Shown: positions 1-12,600 of the stretch, one piece after another
Position numbering within the stretch: position 1 is the stretch's first letter
Layout: the number at the start of each line of letters is the position of its first letter
NCBI GenBank assembly: GCA_002269645.1
Contig: NIVC01002460.1
Location: 1 to 64,000, forward strand
Origin: Macrostomum lignano
Lineage: Eukaryota
Direction of reading: 5' to 3'
DNA: 64,000 bases
Program-made: the position numbers and the translations under genes
Notes under the pieces: generated by a model
The model's database searches: none
Seen by the model: the letters and a program-made list of their open reading frames with translations, nothing else
Told to the model about the DNA's origin: nothing

Positions 1-123
1 AACAACAGTCATCATTGCAAAAAGATAAAATACAAAATAAGAAAAGTGCACGAGTTGAGAAGAAAGAAACCAGAGCATTTGAGTCCAAGCCAGAGAAAAA
101 GAAAGCAGACAGCACACCAGCTT

Positions 124-1200
124 CTACCCAGAGCAGGCAAACGAAAAATTATAGGCATTGAGACAGTTTGCGAACAGCCGCCAGCTGGAGGTCGAAGCCT
201 TTCTCCAGCCCCAGGTACACCTCAACCGCCGAGCTCCGCCAGTCGCCCAGGGCCTTGACGACCGGCAGCGCGCACACCGGCGGAACGCCAGCGAGGCGCC
301 GCCGCGTCGAAGGCTGTGAGGGGACAGAGACCGGTCTGCCAGGCCGGCACGGTGGACGACGTGCTGAAACAGGCGACAGAACGGGTGCCGGTCAGAGGCG
401 TCAGGCCGCCGCTGCTTCGGTAGGCGAAGAGGTGGGCAGCAGCGGCGCGATCGGGGCTGGTTGATGCGCAGGTGGTGAAGCAGCGCTGCCACCGGGCAGA
501 GCGGGTGCTGCGCCGCGTGCCGGAGGCGCGGCAGGACAACGCGGTGCACTCGCTGGCGGAACTGGTTCGTCTTGGAGCGCCGAATGTGCAGGATGGCCAG
601 ATCCGGTGATACTTGCAGGTCGCCGCAGGTGACCGCCTCGCCGGCTGGTGGGAACGGTTTCGGAGCGGCAGCACAGATTGGCGCGGCGCAGAGGCGCCAG
701 AATCCGACCAGGGCCGCCGCCCAGAAGGCTGCATCTTGAGGCTGCTGCAGGCGCAGGGTTCCTCGCAGTTTGAGGAGGTCACCCAGAGTGATGGGCGCCT
801 TGCGCACGGCGGCTTGGCGAGTTTGCGCTGCACACCGCGGAGGAGCAGGTCGAGGCGGGGTCGCCAGGAAGGCCGCGGCGCGGTCTGGAGCTTGCAGTGC
901 AGGTGCGGCGTTAATGTACGCACCGACGCTGGCATGCGAGGAGAGGCGGTCGGACAGCGCGATGATGTCGTGCGCGACCTGCTGCAGAGACGGTCTGGTG
1001 CTGTCGATGCGCATCTGCTTGCAGAACCGCTTCCAGGAGTCGATCTGGCAGCGGTAAGAGCGCGCGGTTGTCTCAGCGAAGGCCAGGTGGCAGAGCTCGC
1101 GTAGCGCTTGCTGAAGTTCGCGCTCGGACTTGAGGCGGGCGATTTGTAGGGCGAGAAATTCGCAGGTGGCTGGCGAGAGGGTGTGCTCTCTAAGGTTGCT
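124..1200 (-). pseudogene. Tyrosine recombinase ORF of the retrotransposon, split over several frames
   Basis: Motifs LHIRRSKTNQF, HPLCPVAALL and HSLRRGGAS (H-x-x-R), plus GDWRS..VEVY in another frame. Confidence 0.82.
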
Positions 1201-1214
1201 AAGGTCAACGTGAA

Positions 1215-2760
1215 CAGAGCCAAAGAGCCGGAGCAGGAAGTTTGTCAGCTCGCTGATGTCATCGGCTCGCTGCCACTATCAGCGAAGATCTGGAATGTCC
1301 CAGGGACGTGGAAGGCCTGGACGGAGAGGTCGCGGTGCGCAGCGAGGAGCATCAGCTGTTGCAGAGCCGAGTTGACGACCCGATTTGGCGACGAGCCCTT
1401 GTTGATGGCGCCGACTGCGGCGGTGCTGTTAGAGTAGATCACAAGCTGGCTGCCCAGTTGCAGCTGCTGCTGGAAATGCAGGGCCGTAAGCACTGGCGCG
1501 AGACTTTCCTTGAAGTTGATGTGGTTGAGTCGCGGTGCCAGTCCATGATGAGCCAACTGGTGGTGTCTGGGCCGCGGATGATGCGCAGCCGCCCCAGTTG
1601 GACGCGTCGGACTCGATGGCCCAGCTGGGCCCGTGGGAACGCCAGATTTTGCAGCTGGGGGAGGCGGCCAGGCAGGCGTCCCACCAGCTGGATCTCGCGG
1701 AGATCATTGTGCACGCGCAGTTTGTGCCGCTGCTGCTTCAGGTCGCTGAGCTCGAGCAGGAGTGGTCTCAGGAAGCACCTCCCAATGCGGACCACCTGGC
1801 AGACCCAGTTGATGCGGCCACAAAGCGATTGGAGTTGGCGCTTGGTGATGCGCTTGCGAGAGAGCGCGGACTGCAGCTGAGACTTGGTGCGTCGAGCTTG
1901 TCCTTCGGAAGCTCCAGCAGCCGCTGACGGTGTCGATGAGGACGCCCAGGTAACCAGTCTGGTGCACGCGCGCGCACCACCTTGCTCCAGTTGATGGAGA
2001 AGCCAAGCTTCCGCAGCAGATTGAGCAGGGTGTCGAGAGCGAGCTGGCAGTCGTCCTTGCTGGAGGCTGCTATGGCGAAGTCGTCGAGATAGCTGCCGAT
2101 ATCGTTGAAGCCCCGTCTCTGCATCATGCGCTTGACGGCCTGGCTCAGGCGGTGAAAAACTTCCACGGAGGCAGCAGCGCCAAAGGGGAGCCGCGTGTCG
2201 CCAGATGTACGAATCGCTGCGCTGGTCGCTGAATTTCCACTTCAAGCCGGTGAGCCGAAAATCGTGCGGGCTGATGCCGACACTCCGGTAGGCATTGGCG
2301 AGGTCGACTTTGGCCATGAACCAACCGGGCTGCAGCTTGGCGGTGAAGTAACTGACGGTCTCGAACTTGATTCGGTAGTCGGAAGAAAATCGGCTGTTTA
2401 GGGAGAGAGACCCGGCAGGGTTGGAGCAGTCGTGGGTGAGTCGAATCTTGTGTTGCCCTTCGGAATGGCGCCAAGGGCGCTGATGACCTCCGGTTTGTCA
2501 CTGACTTGAACGTAGTGGCCATCAAGGATTTCCTCTCGCACACTGCTGCTCGACCAGCTGCCGGTAACTGTTGACTTATAGGTAGTTCTGGATTTCTGAC
2601 ATAGTTGAGGCTCTTTCTGACGGGTCAGGGCAGGTGAGTTGGAAGCCGTTGCGGATGCCATTCAGCAGGAATTCGCGGTCAGGATCGTCAGCCAGCTCAG
2701 CTTCCCAGGCGGCTGTGGCGAGGTCGGATGAGAAAACAACGGACTCGAGGGGCTTGGGAC
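1215..2760 (-). pseudogene. Reverse transcriptase / RNase H ORF, frameshifted
   Basis: RT motifs WEAELADDPDREFLLNGIRNGF, MAKVDLANAYRSV, SYLDDF, LGFSINWSK and YLGVLIDT; RNase H motifs ESDASNWG, HINFKE and HVPGTFQIFAD. Confidence 0.87.
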
Positions 2761-3523
2761 AGGGCCAGCCGGGGGCAGCGGGGTTCGACTTTGGCTTCCG
2801 CCGGGGCAGCTGCGCTGCCAGTTGAGCCCCCGGCCGGCAGAGATCGCGTTGCCGCCCTGACTTGACTTTGGTGCCAGAATGTGCCTTGGATAGCAGCTGC
2901 AGCGACTCCCGCTCCCAGCTGCCGCTCGACTGATGTTGCAGGATCCTGAAGTCTTCATCGTAACAGTTGAGGGTGGCCTGACTGAAACCCTGGTGCATAA
3001 ACTCGCCGAACTGCACACAGTAGCGAACGTAGGCCTTCAGCTGTTCAAGATCCACCGCGCCATCCTTAACCGGTGACCAGGGAACCTCGTCGAGGAGTTT
3101 CAGCAGGATTCGGTTGCTGCCTGCTACCCACTGACCGCCGAGATCTGCTCAGTCCAGACTCTGGACTTCTCGCCGGAGCAGGCTCCTCGCCATCACGGTT
3201 GATAAAGTCCTTTACCAGAAGGGCTTTGACGGTCCCGACGGCCTGGCAGAAGTGCTGTAGAGGCCTTGAAGGCCCAGGTCTGGCAGTCCCAGCTCCGGCT
3301 CATAGGCAGCAGGGGACCGGTCAATCGGCAAGGGGCTCCGCAACTTACGGCTCTGTTGGCAAGGCTTGTTCTTCAGCTCAGCCTCGATCTCAGCGGTCTG
3401 GCGTTGGAGAGTCGTTGGAGAGACTTGCAACTCTCGCTTGCGACCGCCACTGGGGAGTCCCAGTTGGCGTAGACGGTCTCTAAGCTGCCTTGCAGTCATT
3501 TGGTCAATTAAAATTTCGGCCAT
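2760..3523 (-). pseudogene. gag-like ORF1 with an N-terminal SAP-like motif, frameshifted
   Basis: N-terminus DQMTARQLRDRLRQLGLPSGGRKRELQ matches the SAP pattern. YVRYCVQFGEF..YDEDFRILQHQ..SWE resembles DIRS/Ngaro gag. It lies upstream of RT on the same strand. Confidence 0.6.
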
Positions 3524-3790
3524 TGCAATTGCAGCCTAGGCAGCACTCACGGCACTCCGTACGATTAAAAAAAATTTCATGCAGCGCGAGAAAGGTGAGG
3601 CAGGCTGAGTAAAAGCTAGGTGATATAAACCTCACGGCGGAGGGGTGCAGTGCAGAGGGGGTGGACTTGGGTGGGTGTTTACAACCAATCAGCAAACGCC
3701 GATTGGACACATCATTGTTTATTTCTTACAATATCGCTTACAATAGTCGTTTTTAATCACTGCCTTCAACTTTCCACTTTAACTTTCCAG

Positions 3791-5780
3791 CGAATTCAAC
3801 AGCAGCAGCTGGGTCTTCGAGGACAACCAGGAGTCTTGCGCCAATCTCGCCGTTGTCGAAGAGTTCGTTGGAAAGTGCGGCTGCCTGCCGTATCCGCTGC
3901 CAATTCCGACAAAGTACATCAACATTCCCGACTGCTTTACTTTGGAGAACTCCAGTTCGGCCGGCATCGACCAGCTGTTGACAACCGAGGCCTGCGCCAT
4001 CAACTTGTTCAACCAGTTTGAGACGCTCACTGAAACCTTCTGGGCGAAGTGCAGGCCGAACTGCGGAAAGCCAAAATACTTGACGCAGCTGGTGAGTCAG
4101 GCTTAGTCCAGTTGCCCAAAGTGTATAGGTTTGTTTAGGTAATTATTTTTACTATCGTGCTTTTCAAAAATTTGATATGACTTGGCCTTTTCTTAGTAAC
4201 CCTGTTGATATTCGTAGAGCCTTTGTTTAAAAACTCAGGGTTCTCTGTCAATTTAAAATTCCACATGCATGTCCGGTGCCTAATAATCATAAAAATGGCA
4301 TACGATCGTATATTAGCCTTTTGTTCTGAACGAAAAGCTCTACGAATATCGATAGAGCTACAAGAAAGGCAAATCATGTCAAAAGATGAACTTCGGGTCT
4401 GCTTCCAATATAAAGCAATTACAATTTTTTGTGCTGAAAAAATTAAATCCTCCATTCTCCGTAATGTATTTTTTCGGTAAAACCTGCCTCTTGAGCATCT
4501 CCTTCTTCTCAATCTCGTCCTTCTCCTTGAGAATTTACACTTATAACTAGATGATTGATGAATGCTTCGTGTTAAGACTGATCAAAGTAAGAAAGAAATT
4601 TTCAGTCAAGAATCGCTTGAGAAGTTTGTTTAACGTCACGAACATCATACAATACGTGTTCGACATTCATTTCAGTGCAAAAGTGCATTCTTGATTTGAC
4701 TTGGCACCAGGGGGGGAATCCGAATCCGGATAGAGCGGGGAGGCGTTGTCGCCCATTCCGCTAACCTCTGGCGACCACGGGCAGCTGGTGCTGCGGTGTC
4801 GCGCAGGGAGACCGGTGGTGCCGGTGTTCGCAGCGCGGTCCCCCTCCCGGTCTCCCTCGCTCGCCCGGCTGCCCTTGGGTAGCGGATGAGCTGGCAGAGA
4901 TTCTCGGGCCTGAAAACGGGTCGAGGTAGATGAGCCTGTCCTGAGTAGAGGCAGGGCATTCTCAGATGAAGTGCTCCGCATTTTCAACAACGGAAAGGCG
5001 CTAGGAGGGCGCTAGCACACCTCTCCCTGTGCTTGGTTGTCACCCACTGGTTAAATCCAAGTGGTGACAATTACAAAATGTCTATAAGAAGCTTGTTGCG
5101 ACAACAGAACCAAAATTCGAGTATTTCCAGTTGAGAACAACTAGTGCTTTTGGTGTCAAAAAAATCCCTTTTCTATATATTTTCCTATGCTAAAATCTGG
5201 TGGGGATCCAAGCATTAATCACAAAGTTATTCACGAAACAAGTTGTAAAGTTACTTATGGGACACCCTGTATTTCCAATTGAGAACACCTAGTTATGTTT
5301 CCAACCTTCCAGACGACTCAGCCGTGGCCCGACGCGTCCCACGCCGCTTACAACGCGACGCTGCAGTCGCTCACTTCGCTGATCGGCTTCCCGAAGCAGG
5401 TGAGCCCCGACCAGGGCCTGACCATGCTCTACTACTCCTACCTGCAGGGTGAGCAGCTGATCCAGCCCAGCTCCGTGCAGCGCTTCGGCCAGTCGCTGGC
5501 CATGCGAGAGGCGGCCCGCAGCAACCTGGCCTGGATCCGGGTCGAGGCCGAGTACCCGATCGGGTCCGGCAGCGCCCAGGCCGACGGATATCCGGTGGAG
5601 AATCTGCTGGCCGAGATGGGCGGCATTCTGGGTCTGTACTGCGGCGTCTCGGTGCTGACCATCTGCGAGCTGATGGACCTGGTGGGCCGCCTGCTGCACC
5701 GTGCCGCACTGCGGTGGATGCGCCGCAGTCAGGTTGGCAGCTCCAACGCCAAGCTGAAGGAGCCGTCAACGAATTTATAG
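3791..5780 (+). CDS. DEG/ENaC sodium channel paralog A, last two exons (3791-4091 and 5313-5780); upstream exons lie outside the window
   Basis: AG/GT-bounded 301-nt Cys-rich exon, the same length as exon 6 of paralog B. The final exon carries TM2 LLAEMGGILGLYCGVSVLTICE with the GxS filter. Confidence 0.85.
4680..5020 (-). mobile_element. Interspersed repeat copy 1 (possibly a non-LTR retrotransposon 5' region)
   Basis: Shares gagctggcagagattctc..gcctgaaaacggg, gagcctgtcctgagta and cagatgaag.gctccgcatt with the copies at 9.7 kb and 12.9 kb. Class and strand are inferred. Confidence 0.55.
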
Positions 5781-6668
5781 TTATCAGATGCTATCGAAAC
5801 TCGGTAACATCAGCTATGAAGACTAAAGATGCGTGTATATTTTTTCATTGTAATCCCTATTTTATTCTCACTCCCACGTTCAGGTATAACATTTTTACCA
5901 ACGTGAATCCAGCACTTTTAAGCTGACTATCTGATTTCACAAGCATATGATCATGTATCTCGTCTATAACATCTTCACCGGTACTCGTCCCGGATCACCA
6001 TCTAGAAGTCACCTTTGTATCAGGTTTTAATATTCGCATTCCACATTAAGTTATTTGAATGCTTATAATTTTGCGTAAGGCGATGTGCCTGTTTCCGAGG
6101 GGGCTTCATGAGTTTGTGGACTTCTGACTTTGCGTGGATGCGCGCTATGCATGTTTGTGCTTTGTCACCTTTGCTGTATCCTTATAAAGAAACTTGATTT
6201 TTCTGCCTGAAGCCGCACTTGTCAGTCATTGATTGCGATAAAACTTCTTCTTTGCCTGTATGATTGCACTATTCAGCTAGGAAAAATACGTAAAATAAAG
6301 GAACAAACATGCTCTTTGAATTAAATTATCGTTTGGTGTATTAGCTACTGAGCACCGATCTCAAGATATGCTGCAAATGCTTATCCAGCTATTCTAAAGC
6401 TACTATAGAGCTTTGCATAGATTTAGTGGGATGGAAGAAGTTCTTGGGGGGGCATTGGGAAAGCAAAGGCCAATGAAAAAGGAAACCAGCTCTTGTGTTT
6501 TCTTCCCTCAGCATCTCTGTGGGACTTATAAGCGGCTACACTATTCTGTAGTCAATAGCAACCAGCCGCCTACTCAACTTTGGCTCCTAAATAAAGGATA
6601 AATTTAATAGTTAGCCCCCGCCAACGAAAGGCCCCTCACCCAAAAAATAAAGCAATAAAAGCATCGAA

Positions 6669-9600
6669 ATGAGAGAAGATAAAATGCTAGACACTCCTCA
6701 AGTTGAGAATAGCGGCAAACAACAAAGCGATTCCTCAGAAGCCGACAAGACAGACGAACGCGACGCGTCGGTCTCGGTGTCGCTGCTGAGCTTCGCAGAC
6801 TCCACCACTGCTCACGGGTTCTCTCGGCTGGCGGGCTCCTCAGGTCGAACTGGCAGCGGCCTGTGGCTGCTGTTTCTGCTGGCGGCCTACGCCGGCCTCT
6901 GCTACCACACCGCCACGCTGGTCCTCAAGTTCCAGAGCCACCCGGTGTCCACCAGCCTGATTGCGGAGGTTCCATTCCAGTACCCGGATATCTACCTGTG
7001 CAGTGCCAATCCTGTAGGCTACAGCCGCATCACCAAGTCCATCCAGAAGACGGCCGACTACGCCTACCTGTACGAGACCAACGTGACGGCTTACAACTTG
7101 AAGCTGCAATTCGATGTGGAAAACAATTCAGCTGCTGAAGTAAGCCGGGGAATATATACTGGTTGGTTGAACTGGCAGTCAGTGATATTGTCCAGCAAGA
7201 TTGACTTGGCTCGAGGTAAGGGTACAGAATTTGTGTCTTTTTATATGTAGTGCACATGACATATCATTTTGCAGTCAGTTTGAGCTTGGTTCGCCGCCAA
7301 GTGTAACCTTTTTTATACAACAATGTTCCCCGAAATACATGAAAAACATTATTTTTCACATTTATCGTCATTACTATATTGCAGACCTTCTGAACAGCTG
7401 TCGAATCTCTCTGCATGGCCAGGAGTTCGTAGGAAATTACACCACAGCGCTCACCTACAACCAGAGCTTGCAGCCGGTCCGAGTGCCCTGCCTCACCTGG
7501 TCAGAGGCCCGATCGCTCGTTAGCAATATCTCATCCGCCATTGGCAATCTGATGCCCAACCTGAACCACTCTTCGTGCGTCTACAACTCCAGTCTAAACG
7601 TCTCACTAATCAAGGATGTGTTAGGTTAGTTCCGTTTCTCTGGAAATGCTATCATGAAAGGTTTACCGAATGACTTGACGCAACTTGGGAAGATGACTTG
7701 AGTTCAAAGTAGGAAGAGAGCTTGTTTTTGTTTGAAGCCTTAATCTGGTGCAATCCAGAAACTGTTCTCCAAGAACACGGGGCGGCTTCCACAGAAGCAG
7801 TCAACATTGCTTTGTTGGTTTGCTCAAAGGCTTTAAACAACTGATTTCCTATCACTTCAACGTCCCGCTCTTCTGATGCTAATTATCGGCAGTGGCAACA
7901 GGCTAATTAATATTTGATTTTGTTTCATATACTCACCTTCTTGTCATTTGGCAATCTCTTTTTCAACCCGTCTCGCTTCTCCACTGCATCGCTTTGTCAC
8001 ACAACTCAAAAACTTCTGCGCTCTCATTCACAGTAAGAAAACGTTTACATTCTCAGATTCCAGCATCTCAGACAACAGCTACATCATTGGCAGCGTGCTG
8101 CAAGGCCCGCTCTGCTTCCACAGATCTGCCAGCAGCGGCAGCGGACTGGACATCAACTACTGCGGCGTTCCGTATTGCAGTGAGTGAAAAAGATGTCTGT
8201 TGCTGAGGTTCAGTTTGACTATTTTTAGGCGGCAGCTAGCAAAGAGACAGCAAAAAGTATAGCATTTTGCAAGCTAGTAGAGACTACGAGCAAGCAATTT
8301 AATCCAAGATAGCAAAACACATGAATTTTGAGCCTCACTATGTGACACTGTGTGTTAAAGTGTGTCAAATCGGCAGGCATTTTAATCCTTGGAGCACTAT
8401 ATTGCTCGGCCTTTTCATTAACTTCATGCATGCCTCCAACCAAACCAACCAGGAAGCTCCATATGAAAAAGTTACGACGTAGAGCAAGGTTCAGCAAAAA
8501 AATTCACTTAACGAAACCTGCATTGGTATAGTCTCTACTAGCTTGCAAAATGCTATTGTTGGCCAAGCTTACTTTTAAGCACACTTAAGTACAGACTTGC
8601 ATAAAAATGCCCTGATGCATGCACCACCCTCTGTGCTCTGTACCAAAGACAATTAAGTCAACTAGACCATACACTATCTAAAGTCAACTTGACCATAGAG
8701 AATAAAGTCAACTAGACCATAGAGAATAAAGTCAACTAGACCATAGACAATTAAGTCAACTCGACATAGACAATATAAAGTCAACTAGACCATAGAGAAT
8801 AAAGTCAACTTGACCATAGAGAATAAAGTCAACTTGACCATAGAGAATAAAGTCAACTAGACCATAGACAATTAAGTCAACTCGACCATAGACAAGAAAA
8901 TCAACTCGACATAGACAATATAAAGTCAACTAGACCATAGAGAATAAATTCAACTAGACCATGGACAATAAAGTCAACTTGACCGTAGACAATAATCGTC
9001 GGGCACCTTCCGAGCTTCATGTATTAGAAAATGAATTTGCTTTTAACTAAATCTAAAGGACTAATAGTGCGGTTCAGAATGAAGGTTAATAAGTAAAAAT
9101 CTTTCATAAGCGAAATAAAAACAAATCGATTTAACTTTTTGTTAATCAAGCCTCGCTTATAGAAACCACAAAAAGCTTGAGGCGCATTTTTTTGCAGGCA
9201 CTATTTTAATGCAGCTGGTTATAAATTATTTATGAACTGTAGGAATGCTTTAGGCTGACTAACAAAAGAAAAAGAAGACTTGTTCAAGTGTATGAGGGGC
9301 CTACTTTACCATGTGCAAGATTTCTCATGCCACTAGCATGAGTTGAGTCCTACTATGAACTTTCCACGCATATGCAGCAACTAACTAAGGAAAGAGTTCT
9401 GTGATAAAAACTAGTACTCGAACAAGTACCATGTCGTTTTTCTGCTTCTGAAGGCAAGAGATATAAAGATGGTTCAACGCAGAGAACTACTATTGTAGTT
9501 AAAATTTTTGATAGCATTGCATTATATGTATTCTATTGTTCAAGTGAATTAAAGCAAAATGTCATCTTCTGTTTACATTTTTTTCATAATTTAAGCAAAT

Positions 9601-12600
9601 GAGTTAGTTGCTAAAGTGGCATTGTGTCACTAAAATATGTAGGAAATTAGCTTGACTTATTTGACTCAGCTGCAGGGGCTCCGGGCATCCGGCTACAGTG
9701 GGGAGACGTCGCCTGCCGACCCCTGGCAACCAACAGGCAGCTGTGGTGCTGTGGTGTCGCGCAGGGAGATCCGGTAGTGCCGGTGTCCGAAACGTGGTCC
9801 CTCTCCCGGTCCCCCTCGCTCGCCCGGTGGCTCTTAGGTAGCGGACGAGCTGGCAGAGATTCTCTGGCCTGAAAACGGGCTGAGGTAGGTGAGCCAAGGA
9901 CTACTTATATGCTAGTGGTCCTTGAGGTGAGCCTGTCCTGAGTAAAGGCGGGCAAGTCACAGATGAAGCGCTCCGCATTCTCAACAAAAGAGATGCAAAA
10001 TGGGCACTCATCACTACGGATTTTTCCCTGGAGGTAGCAATGCATGGCCTGAGAGAGCCATGGTCACCGCCCTGATGTCCCTGGGCGTTCCGCTATATTT
10101 AGGAGCAAGTTAAAGATTTTACAAATCAATTTAAAAATGGTCTGAACCAACTGTACATTAATGTGAATCGGCTTTCAAAGAAGCCGTCAAGACTCAACAC
10201 GCGCTAAAAACGTCCCTACGAGTAAATACCACGGTTTGCATTACCGCCAGTTAATCCTTGATTTTAAAATTTATTCGAACAATCTATGGTCTGCTGAACT
10301 ACTGCTAGTAATACGAGCTGGTCTTTTTATCCTCTGTTGTTGTATAGAAAACTAAATCAGGCAAATAAATATTGAAAATGAGCATTTGATCATACATATC
10401 TGCTTCCTATTAAAACTATTGGCTACTAATGTGTTGAAAAATTAATATGTGCTATATTTTAGTAGTTTATTTTGCAAATATATAGCCAGCCTTTTGCTAA
10501 AGAGTTTGTAGAAAACAGCGTTTAACTTAGCTTAAATCGCCCTTACAATTCGCGCGCAGGGAAAAGCGCCAACGCCCTGTCAAACTGCTCATCACTGAGC
10601 CAGAGGGTCGCGATTAACACGGCCTACATGGGCCCAGTGCGCGAGTCGCGATCTGGAAAGCCGTGTCTGTCCTGGCAAGCCCTGGCTAATGGCAGTCTGA
10701 GCCGCCGGTTCCGCAACTTGAATCCGGCCTACGAGTTCCGAGTGTTCCTGCCCGACAGCGAATCTGTCGCTAGCGTTGGCAGCGGCTGCCGCAGCGCCGC
10801 AGTGATGTTCAAGGACAACAGCAGCAGCCTGGGCTGGCAGTCCCTTACCAAGCTCGTCATAGACAGCGAAATCGGACTGGGTCCGTGGTGTCTGGTTGAG
10901 AAGCAGGGCTACAGAAATCTCACGATGGAGAGCTGCAGCGTGCCGGAATGCTGTGAGTTTAGGACGGTAGTTTGTCCACAACGTGAGATCACAGGTAGTT
11001 TTTGGGACTTAATAAATTCGACGAGTTGAGAGAATAGCTGGGATGCTGATGGTTTTGGTATGATTCGTTGAAGATTTAAGTGAAGCAGGACAATTATTTC
11101 AGTAGGTTTTGTATATTTATGATGGTTCAATGTGGTTCATTGTAGTATTTTTAGGAAAAAATTAACACACGAAGTACAAATTATCCCGGGTTATTTCTCA
11201 GAAAATAAATCATTTGTTTCTAATTGAGCATGCCCGTCTGTTGTTACACGTGTGATGCGTTGAAAAAGTAAAAAGTAGCTTCTAGGAAACCCCACGTGCT
11301 GCATGAATATCGATGCGACACTATTTTCTATTTTTCAGCAACCTCGCTGAAGTGCATCTCAGGCCTGCTGCACCAGAAGTACGGACCTCACGTGCTCTCC
11401 AAGCTGGTCGGCCCGAGCTTGGACGTCACCCTGCTCGACTGCAGCTTCGGTAGCATGAAGTGCACACCGGCTGACTTCACTGCGCTGCACCATCCCTACT
11501 ACGGCGCCTGCTACAAGTTCAACAGCGCTCCGTTCCTTCGAGACTTGACGCCGATGCAGCACGGCTTGCGTCCACTCAGTCTGAAGCTGTTCGCCGATGA
11601 TCACGACTACCTGGGGAACCGGCGTCCAGACACCTTCACGGCCGTCCGAGCAGTCATGGGCGGCCCGTACAATCTCGGAGAGGCGAGTGACCCGGCCGGT
11701 TTCAACCTGATCCTGATGCCGCCGGGAGCTTATCCAGGCACCTCACATGCCATTCCAATTTACACGGGGGCTCGGTCCACTGTTCGTATGCGCTACATCC
11801 TGGACATGGACAACACAACGAGGGGCCTTTGCAACAGTAACGAGTCAAGCATTGACTACAACATCTACAGCTGGAGCCCGACTGTACTTCGGCCGAAAAC
11901 TGAGCAGAGCTTTAAGTCGCCTGATCCCTACTATTTGTAAGTGCTTTAGCGTGTTGAAAAAGTTTGGTTGAGTGTGCGCTTGCGTGTAGATCTTAGGTCT
12001 AAGTCGAGCAGTAACAAGTACCTTCTTCCATGGTACGTTCTCGATCAGGGGCGTCGCCACTGGGGGGGACAGGGGGGACATGTCCCCCCCCAGTAAGAGC
12101 TTTGGGGGGACATTCCAATGCTTTGTCCCCCCTCCCTAATCCACCTTGTGACCCGTTGTGGGAAGCAATGATTTTGTTTCAGGGCGCTTAAATGTAGCAC
12201 ATGCAGCGCTAAAGTAGTGCCTGCGGCGCCAAAATAATCGCTGCCAGCACCACTCTGAAAATAATGTACACATGTGTCAAAATTTAGTCATGTACATGTA
12301 TAATTTGCAGAATTCTTTGCTTTGCCCCCCACCATAAAATCCATGGCGACATCCCTGTTCTCGATGAGTAGTCTGAATGAATGAGTAGTCCTGATAAGTA
12401 ATTCGACCTTGTTTCTCCGCGCAGCCAATTCAACAGAAGCTTTTTGGCTTTTACGAGCAACCAGGAGTCCTGCGCCAATCTAGCCGTCATTGACGAGTTT
12501 GTCCGCAAATGCAACTGCCTGCCCTACTCGCTGCCGATCCCTGTAAAGTACAAAAACGTAATCGACTGCTTTCATCTGAACAAATCCGAGCCCGACGCTG

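Larger units (their letters stand above)
1..3740 (-). mobile_element. DIRS-order (Ngaro-like) tyrosine-recombinase retrotransposon, frameshifted; 3' end probably runs off the window
   Basis: Minus-strand order gag - RT - RNase H - tyrosine recombinase, pieced together from overlapping ORF fragments. The 5' boundary is approximate: CCAAT boxes near 3683-3705 and a TATA-like tttatat near 3625. Confidence 0.85.

Noticed and set aside
1200-1500. DNA methyltransferase domain typical of some DIRS1 elements
   Set aside because: RNase H runs directly into the YR region and no methylase motif is visible.
168-1927. Plus-strand ORFs overlapping the retrotransposon
   Set aside because: Shadow ORFs of GC-rich coding DNA with no recognisable motifs.
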